DNA of 64,000 bases from a virus (lineage: Duplodnaviria > Caudoviricetes): positions 2,630 through 66,629 of the IMG/VR virus record IMGVR_UViG_3300033120_000570; one strand, given 5' to 3'. Every line of letters begins with the position of its first letter. The stretch's first letter is position 1. Made by a program: the position numbers and the translations under genes. The notes beneath the pieces were generated by a model, which searched no databases, was not told the DNA's origin, and saw only the letters and a program-made list of their open reading frames with translations. Shown in pieces: positions 47,692 to 57,520 of this stretch.

Positions 47692-50600
47692 ATGAGTTGT
47701 ATAAAAGTAACAAAAACAAATGGCGCTCAATCTATATTAATAGATAAGTTAGAAGAAATTTATGGAGACGAACAAAAAGCTGAAAATGCTTATTCGTTTT
47801 TTGATCAAAGTTCAGAGTCATTTATTAATGATTTTGGAGATTATGTTTCTGCTTATGGAAAAAACATTAAAGGCTTTAAAGGAAGGCTTGATGAAAATGG
47901 AGAGCCGAAATTGTTTTATAACGAAACTGCTAAAAAATACTACTACTTAAATAAGGATAGAGAAGAAATTTTCTATCCTTTAAATAGTAAAGGCTTAAGA
48001 GGGGTTTTTAATTATAAACAAATAGACAAAATAGTTTCTAGATTAGCGAATAATTATTTTAAAAAATCAAAATTAAATTTTAATAATATAGATTTTTCTG
48101 CAGGAGAAAAGTTGCCTGATTTAAAACAATATGTTAAAGAAGAAATAGAATCTAAAATAGAGGATTTAAAATCTAAAGGAATAAAAGGAAAACTATCTGC
48201 TAAATTACTTGAAAAATCTTTATCTCATGTAGATGAATATGTAGAAAAAATAGATTTGCTGTTTAAAAAAATGTCAATTGTTAGAATAGATAATGTTGAA
48301 GAAAATGATTTAAATAGCGAGCAAGATGAAATAAAAGACCCTTCATATATGAAGTCTTCTTTTGAATTAGATAGTAAAAGCGCATTATCTTCTGAAATGA
48401 AGATAAGGTTGTCTTTACTGGAAAACGATCAAGATTTAGATCCTGTATGGAATGAAAATACTTTTGTTCCATTTAACGAAGTTCATAGCACTTTACTAAA
48501 ATCTCTTTCTGATCAGGTTGTTCTTGAAGGAGAAGATATGTTTGAAACTTTTAAATCTTTAATAGAAAAAGAGTCTAATAAAAAAACATATTTAAAGGCA
48601 TTACTTTTAAATTTAAGTGACAAGCAATTTAGTAACAACAGTAAAAATCAATTTGTAAAAGCGTTTAATCTACACTCTAATAATTTTTTAGTAACTGAAT
48701 TAAGTGAAAAATCAACTGAAGACGAAAATGGAATTAAAACTCCTATTTTAAGTATAGCTGTAAAACAAATATCCGAGTCTGGATCTAAAAAAAGCATATT
48801 ACTTTCTAATTGGGGAAGTAATTTTCAAAAATATTTTTTAAATAATAGTAATAAAATAACAGAAGGAGCTTTAGAGCAATTAAACGACATAGAGTCTGAA
48901 TTAAAGTCTTTGTCTAAAAAAAGTCAAGTAAAAAATACTGCTGTTTTTTTAGAAAAAAAAGTAAATGAGTATGTTTCTGCTTTAAGAAATCTAGGTGTAG
49001 AAATGTCTGAAAAAGGTATGTTTAATTTTTTAGACAATGACTCTGATCATTTATTATCTATAGACGAACAAATGGACATTTTAAACAGCTCTATTAATAA
49101 AACGCTGGTTTCATTATCTATTGCTAAAAAGAAATACAATTCAGTAAGTAAAGAATTTAAAAATCCATTTAGTTCTGATAAAATATTTACTCAGTTATCA
49201 AAATCTGAGGCTTATTTTTTACAAGAAGGATCTGATGCAAGCATAAGAACTGGTGGAAAAAGCAAATGGCTATATTCTTATCCTTCTTACTTATCGACTA
49301 AAATACTTCAATGGAAAAAAAATCCACAACTACTAGAAGATTTATATAATCAGTCTGCATATACTAAAGGTTCTGCATTAGCTGAATATCTTTTAGCAAA
49401 GGATTTAGATCCCAATTTTGTATATGAAAATGGATATGATTCAGAAGTTAAAAGACTTTCTAAAGAAAGAATTGAAAACTTGCAATTAGGAGTTTTTAGT
49501 ATGTTTCAAAGCACTAATGGGGAATTTAAAAACACAGACGAATTAGCTTTTAGCGACTATATAATAGACAATGTAAATAAAGTATTGTCAAATAGCTTTG
49601 TAAGAACAACAACTCCTGCAGATAAAGGTACTGATTATCAATTAAAAACAGGATTCTTTATAGATTCTTTTAATTATTCTGAAAACGAAGGGAGGGTAAT
49701 TTACACTAATAAAGTAAAAAAAGTTTTTTTTAACTATTTTAATTCAGAAATCAACAGGATTAAAGAAGCTGGACTAGAAGTTGATAAATTAAAAAATTCT
49801 CCTGAAAAACTAACAATAGGATATCACTATAAAGCAGGAACTGAAATTAATTCAAAAAGTGGAAATGCTTTTTTATCTCAATACTTTCCGGATTTGTCAT
49901 TTAATTCAGAATCTGATAACTTTACTGTAAAAGAAATTAAAAAGGCTTTATACGATGATAAAGGAAATTTAAAACATACTTCAGATATAAATAACAACAA
50001 AGAATTAAAAGCTTTTGTTGAAAGATATATTGACACTGTTCTAAATGAAGGCTTTAAAAATATGTACTCTAAATTTGAAGAAGAAGGTATAATATCTTAC
50101 GACGACAATGGGAATGTTTTGCTTTCAAAAATATCTAATAAATTACTTGAAAATTATTTAGAAAACAATTCTAACAATAAGGAAGAAGCTATAAAGGCTA
50201 TAGTGTCAGATTATCATATAAATGGAATTGTCCAAAATATAGAGTATTCTAAACTATTTAGTGGAGATGTTGCTTTTTATAGTGATATGATGGACTATAA
50301 AAAAAGAGTTCCTGCCACATATACTGACGGCCTTCAATTAAGACTTCAAAAAGACGAAGAATACTTTAGAGTAGCTACTATTAATAAAGTAATGGTTAAA
50401 GCTCCTTATTACGAAGAATTAGTAAAACTTGTAGGCGCTGAAGACGCTTCTGCATATGAAAGAATTAACAGTGCAGATGCTCAAGCATGGATTACTCCTG
50501 CTAGATGGAAATTTTTAACAGAAAGACTTGGTAAGTGGTCAAAAGACCACGATTCTGTTTATTCTAAAATGATTTCTAATAATCCTGAAAAATACACATT

Positions 50601-53600
50601 AAAAGAGTTAAAGATAGCTGCACAGCCTTTAAAAGGAGTTTATTTCTATATGAATGGAAAAGTTCCTACATTTCTTAAATACTCTCAAGCTGTACTTACT
50701 AATAGCATTAGTAATGGAAACGGGCTTGGAGTTATGCTTGCGCAAATGAACAAACAGGGAGTTGACGAGTTAATTACTCTTGATGGTTTTAAGGCCGGTT
50801 CTCCTACACCTACAACGATTCACGATAGCGAAGGAAATGTTCTTGATAATATATCTTTCAATACAAAAGACTTATCAAATAGAGGATGGAAACTTCAGCA
50901 AGATTTACCTGTAAAAACTACTAAACAAACAGACGTTGGTAGTCAGATACAAAAAAATATATACAATGGATTAATTTTTAATACTAAATTAGCCGGGTTT
51001 GTTTTAGATGGCAAAGAGACTAATGGTCAAAAAATTATAGATAATTTAGTAGACGTGGTAGGAGCGTTGACCGAGCAAGGATTAAAAGATCTTGTTAAAG
51101 AATTTAAAATAGGAAAAGACGGCAAGATACAAAATGCAAAAGGTCTTTACAACTCACTTATTAGCGAACTTGAAAAAAGAGATGGTTCTAAAAACATAAT
51201 TGACGCCCTTAAAAAGGAGACGGCATTATACGGAATACCTCAATCTATAGAAAAAATAACAAATGTGTTTTCTTCAATAGTAAATGACCGTTTAATAAAA
51301 ATAAAAACAAACGGAGGTTCATTTATTCAATTGTCTAACTTTGGAATATCAAAACAAGAAGGTAATGATAAAGGAGTAGTATGGCATCCAGAAATAGAAA
51401 ATAACGGAAAAACATATGAGCCTAGAAAATACGTAGACGAAAATGGAAGAGTTAGAATTGAGCCTGCAGGAATATTAATATCTGCCTCCGTAATATCTAA
51501 ATACATTCCGAACTATAGAGATTATAGTGCTAAAGAACTTTTCGTAAGTTATAAAGAAGGTGCTCCTATAATAGATAAAAGAATATCTGAAAATATAATA
51601 GGATATAGAATTCCTAATCAAGGACTATCATCTAACGACTCTTTAAAAATAATAGGATTACTTCCTGAAGAAAACGGAGATACCGTTGTAGCTTACACTG
51701 GTATAACCACAAAAACAGGTTCTGATTTCGATATTGACAAAATGTTTTTAATGATAGCTAACTTTACTAAAAGTAAAGAAAATGATAGGTTGACATACAC
51801 TGAGTTTAATCCAGAATTAGCCAACAACAAGCAATCTAAAGAAGCTTTACAAAATAGGCTTATAGAATTGTATAAATCTGTTTTAACCCATCCAAAAGTC
51901 ATTAAAAACGTAATGAAGCCTCTTGATATAAAAACAATAGAAAGAGAGATTAAGTACTTACTTCCTTCAAAAACTTCATCGGCTATGTATCATTTTGATT
52001 CATACAACGACATTGAATTAAGGTATCAATTTCTAGGTGGTAAATTGTTAGTAGGAATGGAAGCAAATGCAATGGTTGACGTTAACAGAGTTGGAAATTT
52101 AAGTCTAAACAATTATTCTTTAGGGTGGGGATATGTAAATGACAAAGGGGATACTTTGTTAGATAAAGAATATTCTGAAAATTTATCAGAAGAAGATCTT
52201 AATTATTATTTAAATAATATTGATTTAAAAAGCGAAGAAGAAAAAAATAAAATAAAAAAAGAAATTGTAGATGTTAGACTAGCTGATTCTCTTACGCAAG
52301 TGCTTAGTGGGGCAGTAGATATAGCTAAAGATCCTTTTATTACAAGAGGAAATTGGTCTACAAGTACTACTAATATAGGAAATTTACTTTTAAGAGCTGG
52401 AGCTCACCCGTTATATACGGTTTCTTTTTTAGCGCAACCTATTATAAAAGACTTTATAAGTTACCAAAGGTCTTCCGAATCTATAACTAACAAAAGTTCT
52501 GGAGATTTAAAAGATAAATTTAGAAGAAATATTGTTATAAAGAATTTAAAAAAATTAGAAGAAAGCGTTAACTATAATTCAGGAACTTCATTGACTACAA
52601 TATATCAAAAATTTGTAAAAACCGAAGCTCATACAGTTAAAAGACTTGTTGATGAAAAAGCTAAACAATTTTTATATAAAATAATAGATAATAAATTTTT
52701 AGAAGACGAAAATGCTGATAAAATAATTTCAACAATCCTTTCAGAACACAATAAAGCCTTTAGCTCTAGTAAAATAGATGTAATGGACAAGTCTAAGTAC
52801 AACTTAGAGTATTTTAGAAATCAAATTAAGGAAACCTCCGACGGAGACTTTCAGCTAGCTATTCTTGATAAATTCTTTGAGCTGCAAAGAATAAGTAAAG
52901 GAGTTAAAGAAAATGTAGATGTTTCTAAATTAGATACAAACGGAATGGGTAAGAATATAAATTCATTATTTATTACATTTAACTTAAAACAACATATATT
53001 AAATAAAGAAAATAAAGGAGAAACTGGAGTTCTAAATGGGTTTGAGTCTAAATTTGATAAAACTCAACTTGGAAAATATCTTAGATCAATGAGAAATGTA
53101 TTAAAAGTAGTTAGATCAAATCCTATTTTATTCCCACAAGCTCAGCCAGATGTTCAAGATATGTTTAATGAAATATCTCAAGACCTATATAATACTCCTG
53201 CTTTTAATATTGAGTTAATGGATGATTTGGAAAAAGCATATTATACTTATACAATGTCTAAATTTGATCCATTTAACATGGAAAAAGAAGAAATTTCATC
53301 AATACTTACAAATCTTCCAAAAGAATTGGCTGAATTTAAAGATAAAAATAAAAATAAATTTTTAATATTAGATGAATTACAAATAAATTATGCTAAAGCT
53401 GAAAAGTCAATATTTCTAAATAACAGAAAAAAATCTCCTGATTTTGAAGAAATGTTTACTGATTCTTGGAGAGATTTAAGAGTTTCTAATCCAAAATTAG
53501 CAGAAGACTTAATAAAGTATTCTTTTTTAACTTCTGGATTTAAAATGCATTCAAAACAGTTCTACACATACATTCCAAATGAATATATGTTGCAAGAAGA

Positions 53601-56600
53601 TATAAATTCATATATAAGAAGCTTAGATAAGGAAGATAAATCTGATTTTATAGATAAATTTTATTTAAACAACTCAAGTAGTTATAAATATGTTTCTAGC
53701 GTGTTTAATGACGAAATTGATACTGAAAACCAAGGTAGTGGATTTACATTAAAAGAAGCAGGAAAATCAAGATATTATTTAAGGTTGAGTAAATCTACAA
53801 TATATAAATTAGAAGGTTATAATACTGAAAATAAAGCTGTATATACTAGAGTTGAAAAACTTGGAGCCGAAATGTCTGGAGTTAAAATTCCTGAGTACGG
53901 AGAAAAATTTACTAAAAAGAAAATTTCTGAAATAGAAGAAGAAAAAAGTGAAGGATTTAAAGTAGATGATAAATATATTTCTGAATTAAAATCAACAGTA
54001 GTTACTCAAAGAGATAAGTTTAACCCTGATTTTAAATTAGAAGAAGGTTCTAGTTTAGTTGAAGATTCTTTTGAAGAGTTGTCAGATCAGGCAGATTCTG
54101 TAAAGGAGGATTTATTTGAAGATAATTTTAATAAAGATTATGAAATAATTCAAGCTGAAGACGGAACGTTTGACGTTCTTCATGTAGAAGATGGTCTTAT
54201 AGGTGAATATGCTGAAAATATAGAAGCCGCTCAAAAAATTATAGAAAAAGATAAATTAAGTAGATTACCTTCTAAAGAAAAAGAAGTTTCTAATATAACT
54301 TCTATGTCTGAAATAACTAATCATTCTGGAGGAGCTTATGGAGCTGATACGGCATGGGATCAAGTTGGTAGAGAATTTGGGGTTATAAATCAAATGCATT
54401 ATAGAGATGCTGGAAATGAAAGATTATCTCAAACTTTAAAAAATAAAAAAGTAGAAGCTACTATTTTATCTAAAGAACAAATGGATATTGCAAGGTCTGA
54501 AGTTGAAAAACTTTTGGGTAAAAAATATCCTGACACTTTACAAGGCAATTTACAAGTTAGAAATTATTATCAAGTAGCTAATTCTGACGCTGTATTTGCA
54601 ATTGCAAAATTAGATACAGATTTTATGTTTACTGCTAGATCTGTATTTGGAGGAACTAATACAGCTGTTCAATTAGGAATAAAACTAAATAAGCCAGTTC
54701 ATGTTTTTGATTTAACTACAAAAGAATGGTATAAGTGGAATGGTTCTGAATTTTCAAAAACAGAAACTCCAACTTTAACCAAAAACTTTGCAGGAGTAGG
54801 CACAAGAGATATTGAAAACTATAGCGTAAAAGACAAAGAGGGTAATTGGGTATCTAGAAAAGAATATGTTGGTCAAAAAACTGAAGCTTTGGCTATTAAT
54901 GCTATTAGAGAAGTTTATAAAAAAACACAAGAAAGCATTTCTAAAGAAAACTTACCAATTAAAGAATTAAACAATGAAGCTGAAGTTGAAAAAACACCTG
55001 CTAAACAAGGTCAATTTGCAAAATACAATGGTCAGACTTATTTAATTACAAAAGAGAATTCTAATGGAACTTTTCAAATATATAACCCAACATTAGAAGG
55101 TGTTAATTCAAAATTATCTGTATCTAAAGATAATTTAGAAGTTTTAAAATCTTCAGCAAAAGTTATTAACTATAAAGGATCTGATTATTTAGTTACTCCA
55201 GCAAACACTATAATATCTACTATTTCAAATAAAGAAATGAAGTGGGATGCTAAAAACGGAGATAGGATTAATATTTTAAGTTTAGCCGAAAATGGAATAT
55301 TATCTCCAGAAGTAAAAGAAATACAAGTAAATACTAATAAAACATTTACTCCTGTAGTTAAAGAAAGTCCTTTTGTGCCGGCAAACAAACAGCAAAAAAA
55401 TGCCGTAATAGCTATTAAAGATTTTATAAGTAACTCTAATACTCAATACTCGGAATTCTTTATTTTAGAAGGTAAAGCCGGAACTGGCAAAACCACGTTA
55501 ATAGAAGAAGCTATTTCAGACGCAGTTAATCAGGGTAAAAAAGTAATAGTAGGCGCTTTGTCTCATAAAGCAAAAAGAGTTTTATCTGAAAAACTAAACA
55601 AAAGGTATAAAAAAGGAGAAATAGAAAGTGGAACTATTGCTGGACTACTTGGAATGAAGTTAGATCCAGAAACTCAAGAGTTTATCAAAGACTACGATAA
55701 TCCTTACGCTGACGATGCGCCAATAGAAGACGCTGATGTAATAATAATTGACGAAGCGTCAATGGTTGATGAAGGAACTATTTGGACGATAATGGACTCT
55801 AAAAAACGTAATGCTAAAGTTATATTTTTAGGAGACAGAGGGCAATTACCTCCTATAAGAAGTATCCAATCTTATATATTACTTTTAACTAAAAATAAAC
55901 CAGAAGGATGGAAAGAGGTTGTTGCTGAACTAAAAGACTTAAAAGATCAAAAAATAAATGGATCTACAAAAATGGGGCTTGTTCATAAACTTGTAAATAA
56001 ATATAAATTTGATGATTTAATAAGCGGCGCTTTTGAAGGAAAAAATAAAGCTTCTTTAACTGAAAGAGTTAGGCAAGGAGAAGACTCTCCAATACTTCCT
56101 TTTGCTGATTATTATTGGAATAACTCAGAAAATGAAGAAACTGTAGCAAGGCCGGTTCCTCAAAAAGCCATGAAAGATTCCTTAACTAATAAAGGAAATT
56201 TGATTTTTACAGAAAGTTTTGAAGATGCTTTTGATAGCGTTTCTCAAGTATTTAAAAAAGCTGTTCAAGAAAAAAACCTAGACGCAATTAAAATAGTTAC
56301 TTTTAGAAACGCTACTAGAAAAAATTACAATAAAAAAATAAGAAAAGAAGTTTTTGGAGATGAAGCTGAAAAATTTGAAAAAGGTGATTTTATTATGTTT
56401 CAAAACGCATTCCCTGTTAGCAAGGACGTTTCATTTTCTAATAGTGATGAGTTTTCAATAGAATCTGCTAAAAAAACAGAACATCTTGGGTACGAGGTTT
56501 ATAATATAGGTGTTAAGTATGTAAATAATGACAAAACTAAAGGTATAACAACTGAGTATTTTAAAGTTTTATCAGACAAGGATAAAGACAGGTTTGCAGA

Positions 56601-56979
56601 AGATGTTGATAAAAGAATGAAAGAAGCTGCTAGAGAAAAAAATCCTTCTGATAGAAGAGCAAAATTCAAGGCTGCTTATAAATTTAAAGAAACATTTGCA
56701 GATATTGATTATTCTTACGCAATAACCTCTCATAAATCACAAGGCTCAGGTTACGGAGTTTCTGTAGTTGATGTTGAAGACATTTCTAGCGTAACAATGA
56801 ACACTAGTAAAACTAAATCAAGAAGTAATTATACAGCTATTACAAGAGCTATAAATACAGCTTTAATAATAACAAAAGGAGTTGAAACTAGTAAAAAGAA
56901 TATTAGGAAAGCTTTGAATGTTGATAAAAAATCAAAGAGAGAAGGAACTGGAAATCCTAAAGATATGGGGTGCATTTAA
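47692..56979 (+). CDS. Virion-packaged RNA polymerase fused to SLOG-like domain and SF1B (Dda/RecD-like) helicase
   Basis: YRIPNQ and GSDFDIDK (51724-51738) catalytic motif; NHSGGAYGAD..FAGVGTR; GKAGTGKTT, DEASMV, GDRGQLPP, YAITSHKSQGS, YTAITRA. Confidence 0.9.
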   Translation: MSCIKVTKTNGAQSILIDKLEEIYGDEQKAENAYSFFDQSSESFINDFGDYVSAYGKNIKGFKGRLDENGEPKLFYNETAKKYYYLNKDREEIFYPLNSKGLRGVFNYKQIDKIVSRLANNYFKKSKLNFNNIDFSAGEKLPDLKQYVKEEIESKIEDLKSKGIKGKLSAKLLEKSLSHVDEYVEKIDLLFKKMSIVRIDNVEENDLNSEQDEIKDPSYMKSSFELDSKSALSSEMKIRLSLLENDQDLDPVWNENTFVPFNEVHSTLLKSLSDQVVLEGEDMFETFKSLIEKESNKKTYLKALLLNLSDKQFSNNSKNQFVKAFNLHSNNFLVTELSEKSTEDENGIKTPILSIAVKQISESGSKKSILLSNWGSNFQKYFLNNSNKITEGALEQLNDIESELKSLSKKSQVKNTAVFLEKKVNEYVSALRNLGVEMSEKGMFNFLDNDSDHLLSIDEQMDILNSSINKTLVSLSIAKKKYNSVSKEFKNPFSSDKIFTQLSKSEAYFLQEGSDASIRTGGKSKWLYSYPSYLSTKILQWKKNPQLLEDLYNQSAYTKGSALAEYLLAKDLDPNFVYENGYDSEVKRLSKERIENLQLGVFSMFQSTNGEFKNTDELAFSDYIIDNVNKVLSNSFVRTTTPADKGTDYQLKTGFFIDSFNYSENEGRVIYTNKVKKVFFNYFNSEINRIKEAGLEVDKLKNSPEKLTIGYHYKAGTEINSKSGNAFLSQYFPDLSFNSESDNFTVKEIKKALYDDKGNLKHTSDINNNKELKAFVERYIDTVLNEGFKNMYSKFEEEGIISYDDNGNVLLSKISNKLLENYLENNSNNKEEAIKAIVSDYHINGIVQNIEYSKLFSGDVAFYSDMMDYKKRVPATYTDGLQLRLQKDEEYFRVATINKVMVKAPYYEELVKLVGAEDASAYERINSADAQAWITPARWKFLTERLGKWSKDHDSVYSKMISNNPEKYTLKELKIAAQPLKGVYFYMNGKVPTFLKYSQAVLTNSISNGNGLGVMLAQMNKQGVDELITLDGFKAGSPTPTTIHDSEGNVLDNISFNTKDLSNRGWKLQQDLPVKTTKQTDVGSQIQKNIYNGLIFNTKLAGFVLDGKETNGQKIIDNLVDVVGALTEQGLKDLVKEFKIGKDGKIQNAKGLYNSLISELEKRDGSKNIIDALKKETALYGIPQSIEKITNVFSSIVNDRLIKIKTNGGSFIQLSNFGISKQEGNDKGVVWHPEIENNGKTYEPRKYVDENGRVRIEPAGILISASVISKYIPNYRDYSAKELFVSYKEGAPIIDKRISENIIGYRIPNQGLSSNDSLKIIGLLPEENGDTVVAYTGITTKTGSDFDIDKMFLMIANFTKSKENDRLTYTEFNPELANNKQSKEALQNRLIELYKSVLTHPKVIKNVMKPLDIKTIEREIKYLLPSKTSSAMYHFDSYNDIELRYQFLGGKLLVGMEANAMVDVNRVGNLSLNNYSLGWGYVNDKGDTLLDKEYSENLSEEDLNYYLNNIDLKSEEEKNKIKKEIVDVRLADSLTQVLSGAVDIAKDPFITRGNWSTSTTNIGNLLLRAGAHPLYTVSFLAQPIIKDFISYQRSSESITNKSSGDLKDKFRRNIVIKNLKKLEESVNYNSGTSLTTIYQKFVKTEAHTVKRLVDEKAKQFLYKIIDNKFLEDENADKIISTILSEHNKAFSSSKIDVMDKSKYNLEYFRNQIKETSDGDFQLAILDKFFELQRISKGVKENVDVSKLDTNGMGKNINSLFITFNLKQHILNKENKGETGVLNGFESKFDKTQLGKYLRSMRNVLKVVRSNPILFPQAQPDVQDMFNEISQDLYNTPAFNIELMDDLEKAYYTYTMSKFDPFNMEKEEISSILTNLPKELAEFKDKNKNKFLILDELQINYAKAEKSIFLNNRKKSPDFEEMFTDSWRDLRVSNPKLAEDLIKYSFLTSGFKMHSKQFYTYIPNEYMLQEDINSYIRSLDKEDKSDFIDKFYLNNSSSYKYVSSVFNDEIDTENQGSGFTLKEAGKSRYYLRLSKSTIYKLEGYNTENKAVYTRVEKLGAEMSGVKIPEYGEKFTKKKISEIEEEKSEGFKVDDKYISELKSTVVTQRDKFNPDFKLEEGSSLVEDSFEELSDQADSVKEDLFEDNFNKDYEIIQAEDGTFDVLHVEDGLIGEYAENIEAAQKIIEKDKLSRLPSKEKEVSNITSMSEITNHSGGAYGADTAWDQVGREFGVINQMHYRDAGNERLSQTLKNKKVEATILSKEQMDIARSEVEKLLGKKYPDTLQGNLQVRNYYQVANSDAVFAIAKLDTDFMFTARSVFGGTNTAVQLGIKLNKPVHVFDLTTKEWYKWNGSEFSKTETPTLTKNFAGVGTRDIENYSVKDKEGNWVSRKEYVGQKTEALAINAIREVYKKTQESISKENLPIKELNNEAEVEKTPAKQGQFAKYNGQTYLITKENSNGTFQIYNPTLEGVNSKLSVSKDNLEVLKSSAKVINYKGSDYLVTPANTIISTISNKEMKWDAKNGDRINILSLAENGILSPEVKEIQVNTNKTFTPVVKESPFVPANKQQKNAVIAIKDFISNSNTQYSEFFILEGKAGTGKTTLIEEAISDAVNQGKKVIVGALSHKAKRVLSEKLNKRYKKGEIESGTIAGLLGMKLDPETQEFIKDYDNPYADDAPIEDADVIIIDEASMVDEGTIWTIMDSKKRNAKVIFLGDRGQLPPIRSIQSYILLLTKNKPEGWKEVVAELKDLKDQKINGSTKMGLVHKLVNKYKFDDLISGAFEGKNKASLTERVRQGEDSPILPFADYYWNNSENEETVARPVPQKAMKDSLTNKGNLIFTESFEDAFDSVSQVFKKAVQEKNLDAIKIVTFRNATRKNYNKKIRKEVFGDEAEKFEKGDFIMFQNAFPVSKDVSFSNSDEFSIESAKKTEHLGYEVYNIGVKYVNNDKTKGITTEYFKVLSDKDKDRFAEDVDKRMKEAAREKNPSDRRAKFKAAYKFKETFADIDYSYAITSHKSQGSGYGVSVVDVEDISSVTMNTSKTKSRSNYTAITRAINTALIITKGVETSKKNIRKALNVDKKSKREGTGNPKDMGCI

Positions 56980-56995
56980 TAATAAAATATAAAAT

Positions 56996-57478
56996 ATGAA
57001 ATTTATAAACGAAGAAGTAATAAAATTACTTAATTACAGGATTCAACAAGAACAATACAGTTCTAAAGTTTACGAGCAAATGAGTGCATGGTTACAAAAT
57101 GCATCATTTTTAAACTCTTCAAAAATTTGGGCTAAGTTTGCTTCTGAAGAATTAACACATGCCGAGTTGGCTAAAGACTATTTATTGTCTTTTAACATAA
57201 TGCCGGAACTAATGGTTATTGAAGAAGCTCCTAATGATTTCAAAGACATTAAAGAAATTATTCAAGCTACTTTTGATCACGAAGTAATGGTTACAGAACA
57301 ATGCTTAGCTTTAACGAGTAAAGCTATGGATTTAAAAGATTGGACGTTATTTGCTCTTGGTCAAAAATACAATGAAATACAAAGAGTTGAGATGGATGAA
57401 GTTTACAATTTGGTAGATATATCTAATTTAAGCAACGATAATTTAATTTTAGATAAATATATCGGAGATAATTTTTAA
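56996..57478 (+). CDS. ftnA: Non-haem ferritin (FtnA-like)
   Basis: LNYRIQQEQYSS..Y, EELTH, DHE, IQRVE ferroxidase-centre spacing; 160 aa. Confidence 0.8.
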   Translation: MKFINEEVIKLLNYRIQQEQYSSKVYEQMSAWLQNASFLNSSKIWAKFASEELTHAELAKDYLLSFNIMPELMVIEEAPNDFKDIKEIIQATFDHEVMVTEQCLALTSKAMDLKDWTLFALGQKYNEIQRVEMDEVYNLVDISNLSNDNLILDKYIGDNF

Positions 57479-57485
57479 TTTAAAC

Positions 57486-57507
57486 AAAGGGGTGTAAAAA
57501 CCCCTTT
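57486..57507 (+). terminator. Hairpin after ferritin (possible weak terminator or processing site)
   Basis: AAAGGGGT-GTAAAA-ACCCCTTT; only 3 T after stem. Confidence 0.45.
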
Positions 57508-57520
57508 AAACACATAATAT

